Source: Dehalococcoidia bacterium (GTDB lineage: Bacteria; Chloroflexota; Dehalococcoidia; Lucifugimonadales; UBA826). Taken from it: a stretch of DNA of 64,000 nt. The notes beneath the pieces are model-generated. The model saw only the letters and a list, made by a program, of their open reading frames with translations, was not told the DNA's origin and did no database searches. This document shows positions 29,351 through 38,760 of this stretch, one piece after another; position 1 is the first letter of the stretch, and each line of letters starts with the position of its first letter. Both the position numbers and the translations under genes were made by a program. Location of the stretch: assembly GCA_029936675.1 (NCBI GenBank), contig JAPYSB010000002.1, positions 194,294 to 258,293 of the forward strand, read 5' to 3'.

Positions 29351-30471
29351 CGATCGACCTCGCCCATAATAATGTCGATGGAACCCAACACTAAAACAGC
29401 GTCGGCGATATAGGTATCCTCAAGCATATGTTCAAGGGCTTGTAGATTTGCAAAAGATGGTGGCCTTACTTTAACTCTGTAAGGTTTATCTGAACCGTCA
29501 CTTACAAGGAAAACTCCGAGGTCACCTCTCGGAGATTCTGTACGAACGAATACCTCTCCAGCTGGTGGTCGGATGATCCTTCTAACTTTGGCAGAAATCT
29601 CACCTTTAGGAATATTGGAAATGGCCTGTTCTACTATCTTAATTGACTCTCTCATTTCCTCAACACGAACATAGTATCTATCCCAACAATCACCATTACT
29701 CCCCACCGGTATACCAAAATCGAACCGGTCGTAAATGGAATAGGGGTCTGTGACTCTTACGTCTTCTATAACACCGGACGCTCGCAAAGCAGGGCCGGTC
29801 ACACCATAGTCCAAAGCATCCTCTCCATTGATAATACCGACCCCTTTTGTACGAGCGAGAAACATTTCATTTTGGGATAAAAGGCTGTCACATTCGTCGA
29901 CACCTCCTTTGAGATGATCAAGTAATGCCAGCACATTTTTATGAAAATCATCAGGGACATCTTCCTTTACACCCCCAATTCGGATGTAGTTATGCATCAT
30001 CCTTGCACCAGTCACGCTTTCAAAAAGTTCTTGTACCCTCTCACGTTCACGAAAACCATAAAGCATAGGAGTAGTGGCTCCGGCATCTAAACCATAAACA
30101 CCGTAGAACAGCATATGGCTTGCTATCCGGTTTAATTCACACAAAATGACCCGTATATACTCAGCCCTTTCGGGAACAGCCGTTTCCGTAAGTTTCTCTA
30201 CCGCCAAGCAAAAAGCTAATTCGCTGTTTAAATTTCCGACATAATCGAGACGATCAAAAAGAGTCACAATCTGATTATATTGTTCGCTTTCACATATTTT
30301 TTCTGATCCACGATGAAGGTACCCGATATGCGGTTCCACCTTCACAATACGTTCACCATCAACCCATATTACTAATCTAAAGACCCCGTGGGTACTAGGG
30401 TGTTGAGGGCCCATATTGACCATAAGGTCTATCGCATCAGAATGTTCACTAACCTGTTGGTGTACTTGCAT
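29347..30471 (-). CDS. nuoD: NADH-quinone oxidoreductase subunit D
   Basis: NMGPQHPSTHGVFRL and C-terminal ...LVLGSIDIIMGEVDR, typical of the 49-kDa subunit. Confidence 0.93.
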   Translation of the reverse strand: MQVHQQVSEHSDAIDLMVNMGPQHPSTHGVFRLVIWVDGERIVKVEPHIGYLHRGSEKICESEQYNQIVTLFDRLDYVGNLNSELAFCLAVEKLTETAVPERAEYIRVILCELNRIASHMLFYGVYGLDAGATTPMLYGFRERERVQELFESVTGARMMHNYIRIGGVKEDVPDDFHKNVLALLDHLKGGVDECDSLLSQNEMFLARTKGVGIINGEDALDYGVTGPALRASGVIEDVRVTDPYSIYDRFDFGIPVGSNGDCWDRYYVRVEEMRESIKIVEQAISNIPKGEISAKVRRIIRPPAGEVFVRTESPRGDLGVFLVSDGSDKPYRVKVRPPSFANLQALEHMLEDTYIADAVLVLGSIDIIMGEVDR

Positions 30472-30489
30472 AACTAAATTTACTGATTA

Positions 30490-31035
30490 TTACCATTCTC
30501 CATAATCATGAAAAGGGTAACTTTTCCTTCCTGGATAACCCTCGAATTCTTCAAATAATAACAATGGAGATAAATTTTCACGACCTCCAAATTTAATGCC
30601 GAACAAATCGTGGGCTTCCCTTTCGAACCAGTCAGCTGATTTCCATATACTCAATACTGAAGGCACTGTCGGGTCATTTGAAGGTAATGACACTTTAATG
30701 GCCATTTTGTGATGTCGTCTGATAGAGACAAGATGATAGACCATCTCAAATATTTCTTGTTTTTCTTCGTAATCTACTACAGTGATACAGGACAAATAAT
30801 CAAACCCAAATTTTTCAGTGTATTTGAGGAGTTCACAAACTTCAGCCAGATCCACTGAATCAATTCTGAGCGTAACCATATCTATAGAAACCGATATTTC
30901 TGCCCCGGAAAAGCCAGCAATAGATTCTTTTAATATTTTGTGGAGATTCTCTCCCCTCTGGTCGAGACATTCCCGCACCATTGGAACTTTAATTTCACGC
31001 TTCGAAGGTATGTTACTGCTCTCCATCATTGGCAT
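30490..31035 (-). CDS. nuoC: NADH-quinone oxidoreductase subunit C
   Basis: 181-aa 30-kDa-subunit-like sequence ([13 protein letters not shown]). The start is uncertain: the track start overlaps nuoB by 23 nt. Confidence 0.85.
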   Translation of the reverse strand: MPMMESSNIPSKREIKVPMVRECLDQRGENLHKILKESIAGFSGAEISVSIDMVTLRIDSVDLAEVCELLKYTEKFGFDYLSCITVVDYEEKQEIFEMVYHLVSIRRHHKMAIKVSLPSNDPTVPSVLSIWKSADWFEREAHDLFGIKFGGRENLSPLLLFEEFEGYPGRKSYPFHDYGEW

Positions 31036-31636
31036 TTAGTGATTCTTTTTCGAAGGATTGATTGGCATCATTTTTTATTTTTTCTTGTAATTGCATAACA
31101 CCATAAATGAGTGCTTCAGGTCTAGGTGGACAACCTGGAACATAAACGTCAACGGGTATCAAATGATCTACTCCCATCACCACTGAATATGATTTATAGT
31201 AGGGCCCTCCATTGGTTGCACAACTTCCCATAGCAATGACCCATTTTGGGTCAGGCATTTGTTCATATAAAAGTTTTATGGGGTCTGCCATTTTTTTTAC
31301 CACAGTGCCAGCAACTATCATGACATCCGCCTGACGAGGGGAAGGCCAAGTCACCACCCCAAACCTATCAAGATCATGATGTGAAGCATGGGCACTCATC
31401 ATTTCAATGGCACAGCATGCTAAACCAAAAGATAAAGTCCAAAGCGATGATTTTCTTGCCAATGCAAATAATTGGTCAGATTTTGCAGTCAATGCATTGG
31501 GCAAAACCCTATTGAAAACGCTATCCGCAGGATTGTTTCCTTTACCGGCTTCGTAGCCATGTCCAAGTGGTTTTTCAATGGCAGGGAACCCATCATATTT
31601 TGGAATATGAGTATTAGAGTTTTCCTCTATCGCCAT
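31013..31636 (-). CDS. nuoB: NADH-quinone oxidoreductase subunit B
   Basis: [20 protein letters not shown] and PGCPPRPE cluster-N2 motifs. The start is set at ATG 31636 (AAGGGGG SD, 7-nt spacing) instead of TTG 31657. Confidence 0.92.
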   Translation of the reverse strand: MAIEENSNTHIPKYDGFPAIEKPLGHGYEAGKGNNPADSVFNRVLPNALTAKSDQLFALARKSSLWTLSFGLACCAIEMMSAHASHHDLDRFGVVTWPSPRQADVMIVAGTVVKKMADPIKLLYEQMPDPKWVIAMGSCATNGGPYYKSYSVVMGVDHLIPVDVYVPGCPPRPEALIYGVMQLQEKIKNDANQSFEKESLNANDGEQ

Positions 31637-31995
31637 TGCAAAACCCCCTTTCTCCAAACGTAAGCTAACCCAAAAAGCAATATACCAATAAAAATAATCA
31701 TTTCATAAAAAACCGCAGGAGGAGCTTCCAAAAATACTAGAGCCCAAGGAAATAGAAAAACAGCTTCGACATCGAATATCACGAACAATATTGCAAAAAC
31801 ATAGTAACGTATTTGGATTTGAGACCAGTGATATGGGGATGCGGGGATGCCACACTCGTATGGAGTATTTTTTATATCAGAATGCCGTTTAGGAGCCAAC
31901 ACCCTAGATGCTATAAACATTAATAGCACAGCCAAAGTTCCCACTAAGGCGACTACTAATATTGCTGTCCAATTAGTTACATATGATTCAGTCAC
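31627..31995 (-). CDS. nuoA: NADH-quinone oxidoreductase subunit A
   Basis: 122-aa three-TM protein (YECG...FDVE..FLFPWA). First gene of the operon. Confidence 0.9.
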   Translation of the reverse strand: MTESYVTNWTAILVVALVGTLAVLLMFIASRVLAPKRHSDIKNTPYECGIPASPYHWSQIQIRYYVFAILFVIFDVEAVFLFPWALVFLEAPPAVFYEMIIFIGILLFGLAYVWRKGVLQWR

Positions 31996-32102
31996 AAGAC
32001 CACCCGAAAAAATTCTGTAATAATAGGGGCATAAAACGAACCAATTTTAGCATATTTATATATGTGCCCCTAGTAAATTTTATTCATTTGAGGTAAGGAA
32101 AT

Positions 32103-33011
32103 ATGTCGATTAAATTAGACTGGCTCGGATGTGCTACTTTTCGTCTACTTATAGATGATCTAACAATTTTCTTAGATACCTATATTGATAGAGTTTCGGC
32201 GGCTCCAAATGTCGGTATATCAACAGCCGAAATAAATAAGGCAGACTTTATTTTTATAGGGCACAGCCATTTCGATCATATCGGCGGGGCGGATGTAATT
32301 GCCAAAAATACAGGGGCAGAAGTCATTGGTTCAAATGAAAGTGTCCGAATACTAATTGAGGCAGGAGTTCCTAGAGAACAACTTCGAAGAGCTCAGGGAG
32401 GTGAAAGATACCGGCTTAGCGATTCTGTCACCGTCAGAGTTTATCCAAGCTTGCATTCCTGTATATGGATTCCAAACACATTTGGGCCTAAAACCGATGA
32501 AAGTCAAACAGGACACCTGAATCTCACTGAAAATGAAAGGTGGGGACTCCGAAAACCAGATCTCTTGCCTAGCGGAACAGATCCAAATCTAATCAAAGAG
32601 ATTGAAGAGCATAGGAAAGAGACTCTGGGTTCTAGCGATATAGGTGGAGCACTTTGTTTCTTATTCGAAACTCCGCAGGGATCTATTTTTTTCCAAGATA
32701 CTTCTGGATGCTGGACAGGGGTGGTATCTGATCTAAGGGCAGATGCTGCTATCTTAGCAATGGCAGGCCGTCCCAACATTGACGGGGAGCCTATTCAAGG
32801 TTCCCTTACTGACTATATTGGCCTAATGGCAAGCATGTTAAAACCCAAAGAAATCATATTAGGCCACCATGATGACTGGATGCCACCTAGAACAAAGGAT
32901 GATTCAAACCCAAGATCCCTCAAGCCTGTGATTGACAGAGTAAATCTTGTGCGACCTGGAACTGTATTCCATCAACCAAAATACCTAGGTGAAACAGAGC
33001 TTCTAAAATAG
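32103..33011 (+). CDS. MBL-fold metallo-hydrolase
   Basis: GHSHFDHIGG metallo-beta-lactamase motif. Divergent from nuoA. Confidence 0.75.
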   Translation: MSIKLDWLGCATFRLLIDDLTIFLDTYIDRVSAAPNVGISTAEINKADFIFIGHSHFDHIGGADVIAKNTGAEVIGSNESVRILIEAGVPREQLRRAQGGERYRLSDSVTVRVYPSLHSCIWIPNTFGPKTDESQTGHLNLTENERWGLRKPDLLPSGTDPNLIKEIEEHRKETLGSSDIGGALCFLFETPQGSIFFQDTSGCWTGVVSDLRADAAILAMAGRPNIDGEPIQGSLTDYIGLMASMLKPKEIILGHHDDWMPPRTKDDSNPRSLKPVIDRVNLVRPGTVFHQPKYLGETELLK

Positions 33012-33471
33012 CGATGTGCCATATCGGCTATAAAACGAAAATAGGTGTTCATCCAAATTGGTAGGCCAAGCATCAGTCTTTTGATTCTACTCAGCGACCT
33101 TGATTCTAAAGGTGGGCCAGATTAATTTGACGAGGCCATACAAGGCCAAGGATTCAAATTCTTTATAGTCCATAGGGAGTTTTATCTCCTCGTTTAACTA
33201 ACCCGGCTCGTGGATCGAATAGTTGAGGCGATGTTTGTACAAGGTCAATTAGCTCAGTCTAGTTTAAAGAGGCTCAACCACTACTAAATTACTTCGAATT
33301 TAACTCTAAGGGTAAAACCATGTTCATACTGGAAAATAATTTAAGGGCCTGCAATTTAATATGAGCCTCTGAACTATGGGGCATTTAGGTTTCTGATGGT
33401 ATTTTCAATATTTTATTAACCGATCAAAAATACTTGTTTTTTATTTCATGAAATTTTAGACTTATATAACG

Positions 33472-34953
33472 TTGATTTTGACCTTCCAATTTGTACCAAT
33501 TCCAATAGCGGCGAGGTGTAAGACAATACAATTGAATAAGACCGAGTCTGGACTAATCCCTGGGCCCACCAACGGCGAGCAGGATGAAGTAATTTCATCA
33601 ACCCATGTCGCTCCTAAAAACGTAACTTCACCAAGTGATCTCGACCTTGATTCCGATTCTCATGCGGAAAAGCTTTTAAAAAAAATACCGGACCCAAAGG
33701 GTATTCAGAGAAAATTACACACTTTTGACGCATTTCATTCACGTAATTACAGGTTTTTATGGCTTGCCACAGCTATCTTCAGCAGCGGGTTTTGGCTCCA
33801 ACAAGTTGTAGTTGGATGGCTTGCATATGAAATAACCGGGTCCCCGTTACTGACAAGTATGGCCCTTGGGCTTGATGCACTGCCAATTTTAGTGGGAGCT
33901 CCGTTTGGGGGTTTAATAAGCGATAAATTCGATAAAAAAATACTCCTTTCCATTATTTATTCATACCAAGCAGTGTTGATGGTCGGCTACACAGTCGTTA
34001 TTGCCATGGGATATGCCAACATTTGGAACTTATTCATTTTCGTATTTCTTGTGGGGATTTCATGGGTCATAAATGATCCAGCTAGAATGTCACTACTTGC
34101 TGTGATTGTTCCAAAGAAAAGCCTAATAAATGCTTTCGCATTAAATTCTATGGCTTTCAGTGTGATGAGATTAATTATTCCCGCGGCAGGCGGATTTTCT
34201 CTTGCAATCTTTGGTCCAGCTCCATTATTTGTTGTTGAAGGCATTCTCATGTTTTCAGCTGCTGCCACCATTATGATGATTCAACTCGATAAAGACTCTT
34301 CCTTTGATAATTCCGATAGATCTGCAGAACAATTATTAGCAGATTTGAAGTCTGGAATAAATTACGTGATTAACCAGAAAACTGTAATCGGCCTAACTTG
34401 CATGACGGTAATTATGGTCATCATGGTGATGCCTTTTGTACATGGTTTAATGCCAGTCTATGCTGCTGAAGTTTTTGAAGTTGGCCCACAAGGATTGGGA
34501 TTACTTCTGTCTGCGGCTGGGCTTGGGTCACTGATAGGATCGGTAATTCTTGCCTCATTTACCCAAATTACTCGACCCGGGAAAATTCTTTTCGTATTGC
34601 TCGGATTTCTCGGCGCTTTAATGGCAACACTAGCGATAACTAATGTTTACTCAGTGGCTATGATACTTATAATGCTTTTGTCTGGTTCTATGATGTCTTA
34701 TTTTTCTATTTCAGGGGCCACTGTTCAAGGCATTCTCCCGGATCAATACAGGGGCCGGGTAACCGGAATATATATGATGGCTTGGGGCTTCATCCCAGTC
34801 GGAAGTCTACTTGCCGGTTCGATAGCAAATGTGGTGGGGCCCCAATTATCAACCCTTATTGGATCAAGCTTGATTTTTGTTAGTTTGATTGCAGCGACAT
34901 ATTGTTTCAAGGGTGTTTGGAAATACCGTTTGGAGGAAGACTCAGTAGGATAA
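33472..34953 (+). CDS. MFS transporter (12 TM) with a hydrophilic N-terminal extension
   Basis: Twelve hydrophobic segments begin after ...FHSRNYRFLWLA. The start is uncertain: TTG 33472, with another in-frame TTG near 33532. No in-frame ATG precedes the first TM. Confidence 0.8.
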   Translation: MILTFQFVPIPIAARCKTIQLNKTESGLIPGPTNGEQDEVISSTHVAPKNVTSPSDLDLDSDSHAEKLLKKIPDPKGIQRKLHTFDAFHSRNYRFLWLATAIFSSGFWLQQVVVGWLAYEITGSPLLTSMALGLDALPILVGAPFGGLISDKFDKKILLSIIYSYQAVLMVGYTVVIAMGYANIWNLFIFVFLVGISWVINDPARMSLLAVIVPKKSLINAFALNSMAFSVMRLIIPAAGGFSLAIFGPAPLFVVEGILMFSAAATIMMIQLDKDSSFDNSDRSAEQLLADLKSGINYVINQKTVIGLTCMTVIMVIMVMPFVHGLMPVYAAEVFEVGPQGLGLLLSAAGLGSLIGSVILASFTQITRPGKILFVLLGFLGALMATLAITNVYSVAMILIMLLSGSMMSYFSISGATVQGILPDQYRGRVTGIYMMAWGFIPVGSLLAGSIANVVGPQLSTLIGSSLIFVSLIAATYCFKGVWKYRLEEDSVG

Positions 34954-35044
34954 ATATTTCCGACCCGACCCTCGAAGCCAAATTCTGATGTATCATGACG
35001 CCTGCTACGAGAGATAATTACAAATCTACAGCAGGAGAGAATAG

Positions 35045-36757
35045 ATGGTTACTGACTTAGCCTCTAACGCCACCTTCACTAAAAGTGAAGCGGTGTCCAC
35101 TAACGGTATGGTGGCAACTAAAGACCAATTATCCACCCAAGCAGGGTTAGATATGCTGAAAATGGGAGGCAACGCTATCGATGCAGGTGTAGCTGCTTGT
35201 TTGGCTGTAGGTGTAGTAGAACCTGAATCAAGTGGTATCGGTGGCGGTGGCTATATGACATTTCAGGTTGGTGACGAAGGTGGTGTCATCGGGTTTCCTA
35301 TGAAGGGACCATTATCTGGTAAACCTGATTTGTACGAGCTAACTGGTGAAGCATCCGTGGGAAGTTTTGGTTGGGCGGGCGTCAAAAATGACGAAAACAT
35401 TCACGGGTACAAATCGATTGCAGTACCTGGATGTGTTGCTGGTTTAGTCGAAGCTCATTCTCGGTTTGGAAAATTGCCTTTATCAGAAGTTGTGGCACCA
35501 GCCACCAAAATAGCCCGTGATGGATTTCATCCCGAATGGTTCACCTTATATAAATTTGGAAGTCTTTCAAGCATGCTTTTGCGATATCCAGAATTAGGCA
35601 ACACATATATGCCATCTGGGTCGCTGCCCTATGGTGGAATCGACGGTCCACATGTCTTAAAACAGCCAAATTTAGCAAATGCCCTTGAGGCAATCGGTAG
35701 AGGAGGAGTTGATGCCTTTTATCGAGGGGAACTAACGGAAGTTTTGGTTGAAGATATGCAAAAAAATGGTGGGTTCCTAACAATGGAAGATTTCGATCAG
35801 TACAAGCCATTCTATTGGGACAAAGGCTTAGAACTTAATTATCACGGCAAAACCGTGAGAGTCCCAAGATATGCTTCCGCCGGTATAACCAGCGCTATGA
35901 CCTTAAAGATCCTAGACGGGTTTGATATTCCTAGTTTAGGCCATAACTCAGTCGACATGTTGCATCTGTACATCAGTGCCGCCAGAATGGCATACGCCGA
36001 TAGATTTGAATATGTGGCAGACCCCGAATACGCAGATGTCCCATGGAACGGTTTAGTTTCCGATAAATACACCCAGAAAAGACAGAAGGAAATAGGAGAT
36101 CATGTTCCTGAATCTTTCCTTCCGGGAAATCCATGGATTGAAGAAGGTAGGGAACCAAAATTCGTCTTAGAGAGTAGCAGGCCACGCCCTGACAACGGAA
36201 CAACTCACCTGGCGGTAATTGACGGTGATGGCAATGCTGTTTCTATTACCAACACGATAATGTCAGGGTTTGGATCCGGAATAATTCCCAAAGGAACTGG
36301 AATTGTTATGAATAACGGGATGATGTGGTATGACCCTACACCAAACAGGGTTAACTCTATAGCCTCGGGAAAATACCCATTAAATAATATGACCCCGGCT
36401 TTGGTGTTAGGAAAAGATGGCGTGGAAATTGCTCTTGGAGCTTCCGGTGGGAGAAGAATAACCAATTGTGTCACATCGTTAATAGTAAAAATGGTTGATT
36501 TCAACATGAATCCCCAAACCGCAATTGATGCTCCCAGAGTGGATTGCAGCTCTCCAACAACTGATGTGGGCCCAGAACTCGACCCAAATACTGTTGCCGG
36601 CTTAAAGGCTAAGGGTCACAGCATTAGGGTTCTCGGTGACGGATTCACTCAAACTGGGTTTGCAAAATTCGCGAGCCCCGTGGCTATTACCAAAAATGGG
36701 GGTGAATTTAGAGGAGGTGTCGACACCTTCCACGCAGCCCACGCTGAGGGTCTATAA
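35045..36757 (+). CDS. ggt: gamma-glutamyltransferase family protein
   Basis: GGGGYM and autoprocessing/catalytic DNGTTHLAVIDGDGNAVSITNT motifs. No obvious N-terminal signal peptide. Confidence 0.87.
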   Translation: MVTDLASNATFTKSEAVSTNGMVATKDQLSTQAGLDMLKMGGNAIDAGVAACLAVGVVEPESSGIGGGGYMTFQVGDEGGVIGFPMKGPLSGKPDLYELTGEASVGSFGWAGVKNDENIHGYKSIAVPGCVAGLVEAHSRFGKLPLSEVVAPATKIARDGFHPEWFTLYKFGSLSSMLLRYPELGNTYMPSGSLPYGGIDGPHVLKQPNLANALEAIGRGGVDAFYRGELTEVLVEDMQKNGGFLTMEDFDQYKPFYWDKGLELNYHGKTVRVPRYASAGITSAMTLKILDGFDIPSLGHNSVDMLHLYISAARMAYADRFEYVADPEYADVPWNGLVSDKYTQKRQKEIGDHVPESFLPGNPWIEEGREPKFVLESSRPRPDNGTTHLAVIDGDGNAVSITNTIMSGFGSGIIPKGTGIVMNNGMMWYDPTPNRVNSIASGKYPLNNMTPALVLGKDGVEIALGASGGRRITNCVTSLIVKMVDFNMNPQTAIDAPRVDCSSPTTDVGPELDPNTVAGLKAKGHSIRVLGDGFTQTGFAKFASPVAITKNGGEFRGGVDTFHAAHAEGL

Positions 36758-36770
36758 GACAACCAAGAAT

Positions 36771-37739
36771 TTAAAGGACTGACTTCAAACCTTCAACATC
36801 GATATTGCTAGAGATGAGATTCTTAAACCTGGCTAATTTATCTTTGTGATCAAATTCCGAGTGTTCTTGAAGTGTCCCTATTTTATCCATTGTTTCAAGG
36901 GTGTCCGAGTTAACAATGATAATAGAAACCTCTTCCTCATTAGCTTCATATTTAACGTACTCGATCGGCTCAAAACCGCCAGTCATTATGAAACATTCCA
37001 TGTCGGTGTCTAAAGCAGACATTTGGACATCGGGTCTATCTCCCCGAACCACCACAGCTTTCTTATCCTGCCGGCTGAATATATATTGTCCTGGATCCAT
37101 TCCAAAACCACCGACCATGAAGCTTTCTACCAAATCTTCCCCGTATTCCTCACCACCAACAAATGTGCCCTCCAGATTCTCACAAATCTGTTTTACAGTT
37201 AAGCTTAACAAAGTCCTATTCTCAGGTATCAACCCCAAAACGGTTATTCCAGATTTTTCCAACCTAGGTATTACTATCTCGTAGGCTTCAGTTGTTTTGT
37301 ATCTAGTCAAAAAATTTAGCACCGTCCCAATTAGATCCTGGCCAAAAAAGGTGCCGAATGGAATGGACCCAATCGCCTCGTCGTATTTAGTCACATGTAT
37401 GACTTTTGCCCCAATGTTTTTAACAAGGTCAGTATGTTCATCTCTGGACAAAGTATTTGATGCTTCCACCAAAAGAGTATCAACTTCCTTAGCCGCAGAC
37501 TTAATCTCTGCACCAACAGCTGATACATCAAAAGATTGCCCAGATAATTTACTGAGATTTGAACCTAATACAGAAGAGTAACAATCTAAGTCTTCTTTAT
37601 CTTGTTCTGAGAAAATGGCTTTGGAAACAGAGACCTTGTGGCCCATATCCATTAGGACGCTAGCTAATGAGGCACAAAAAGAAGTTTTGCCTGCTCTGTC
37701 AGTATCTGAAACGACGTAGAGGATGCCCATTTGACGCAC
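36771..37739 (-). CDS. P-loop + DRTGG domain protein (phosphotransacetylase N-terminal-region-like, no PTA catalytic domain)
   Basis: N-terminal DTDRAGKTSF P-loop as in the BioD-like Pta N-domain. Later VVRGDRPDVQMSALDTDMECFIMTGG matches the DRTGG motif. 322 aa. Confidence 0.62.
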   Translation of the reverse strand: MRQMGILYVVSDTDRAGKTSFCASLASVLMDMGHKVSVSKAIFSEQDKEDLDCYSSVLGSNLSKLSGQSFDVSAVGAEIKSAAKEVDTLLVEASNTLSRDEHTDLVKNIGAKVIHVTKYDEAIGSIPFGTFFGQDLIGTVLNFLTRYKTTEAYEIVIPRLEKSGITVLGLIPENRTLLSLTVKQICENLEGTFVGGEEYGEDLVESFMVGGFGMDPGQYIFSRQDKKAVVVRGDRPDVQMSALDTDMECFIMTGGFEPIEYVKYEANEEEVSIIIVNSDTLETMDKIGTLQEHSEFDHKDKLARFKNLISSNIDVEGLKSVL

Positions 37740-37800
37740 CTACCATAGGTTAAAACCAATCAACCTGTTTAGCGATTGTTGAATGCGTAGCCGGAAATTA

Positions 37801-37992
37801 TTACCGTCTAGTTCGACGCCTTCGAAGCCTGCGGATGCTTCGCTGTAGGTCAAGCCGAGACTGCTCACCTTTAGAACGGAAGAATCTTCTGTTCCTCAAC
37901 TCTCTTAGAATACCCGATCTTTGCATCTGGGTCTGGAATCTCTTGAGTAGTACTTCAGCCTCCTCGCCTTCGCGAAGGGTAACGTATGCCAA
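37801..37992 (-). CDS. rpsU: 30S ribosomal protein S21
   Basis: 63 aa: MAYVTLREGEEAEVLLKRFQ...FFRSKGEQSRL...RRRRTRR. SD TAGGAGA upstream. Confidence 0.9.
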   Translation of the reverse strand: MAYVTLREGEEAEVLLKRFQTQMQRSGILRELRNRRFFRSKGEQSRLDLQRSIRRLRRRRTRR

Positions 37993-38217
37993 GCTTTTTC
38001 TCCTAGTCTCTAATTTTCAGCCAAATAAAAATGCGTGCCATCCGGCAACGCAGGTGCAGATTGTAACACACAGGACATTATCGTTTAGCATAGAAGTCCA
38101 ATAACCAACAGTTTAATGTTGCTACAAACCTCACAAAAGACCTACCATTCCCGTTGGACTTTAATTTATACCCAATGTTCCAAAGCGTTGAGCTAAGGCA
38201 CATTTTTCGGAGTACCA

Positions 38218-38736
38218 ATGGCTGGACCTAGTAATGAGTTCACACAAGTAACAAAATTTTTACCTGAAACATTTGGTGAACCAGGCACGAGAACTTTTCG
38301 GATAAATGTAGACAGTTCAAGTAGCACGGCAACTATCTGGTTGGAAAAAGAACAGCTGGCGGAACTATCAATCGCGATGCTCCAATTGTCAAAGGAAACC
38401 CCTGAAGCCAATGAAGATACCATAGACCCACCGACGGAATTGGAAGCTGCAGGTTTAACAAATTTGGATTTCAAAGCAGGCCGATTGGCCTTTGGGCACA
38501 ATCCCGAGACAAATATGTTCATAATTGATGCTCACGATCCGGAAGATGATTCTGAAGAACCTACAGTAAGGATATGGCTAACTCGAGAAACAATTAATAA
38601 TTTTGCCAAGAACGGATTGGAAATAGTTGCTTCTGGAAGAGCACTATGTCCATTATGTGAAAAACCTATCAACCCTGATGGCCATTACTGTGTTCGAAGA
38701 AATGGCCATGCAAGAGTTTATCCAGGAGAGCTCTGA
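38218..38736 (+). CDS. DUF3090 family protein
   Basis: FGEPGTRTFRINV, WLEKEQLAELS and C-terminal CPLCEKPINPDGHYCVRRNGH, as in the actinobacterial/Chloroflexi DUF3090 family (recognised from memory). Confidence 0.7.
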   Translation: MAGPSNEFTQVTKFLPETFGEPGTRTFRINVDSSSSTATIWLEKEQLAELSIAMLQLSKETPEANEDTIDPPTELEAAGLTNLDFKAGRLAFGHNPETNMFIIDAHDPEDDSEEPTVRIWLTRETINNFAKNGLEIVASGRALCPLCEKPINPDGHYCVRRNGHARVYPGEL

Positions 38737-38760
38737 TTCGGTTTTTCAAATTTAAAAACT

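Noticed and set aside
33241-33290. tRNA-like D-arm string TAGCTCAGT in the long intergenic gap
   Set aside because: No matching acceptor stem, anticodon arm or GTTCGAATC-type T arm could be assembled on either strand. It is not a tRNA or a convincing tRNA fragment.
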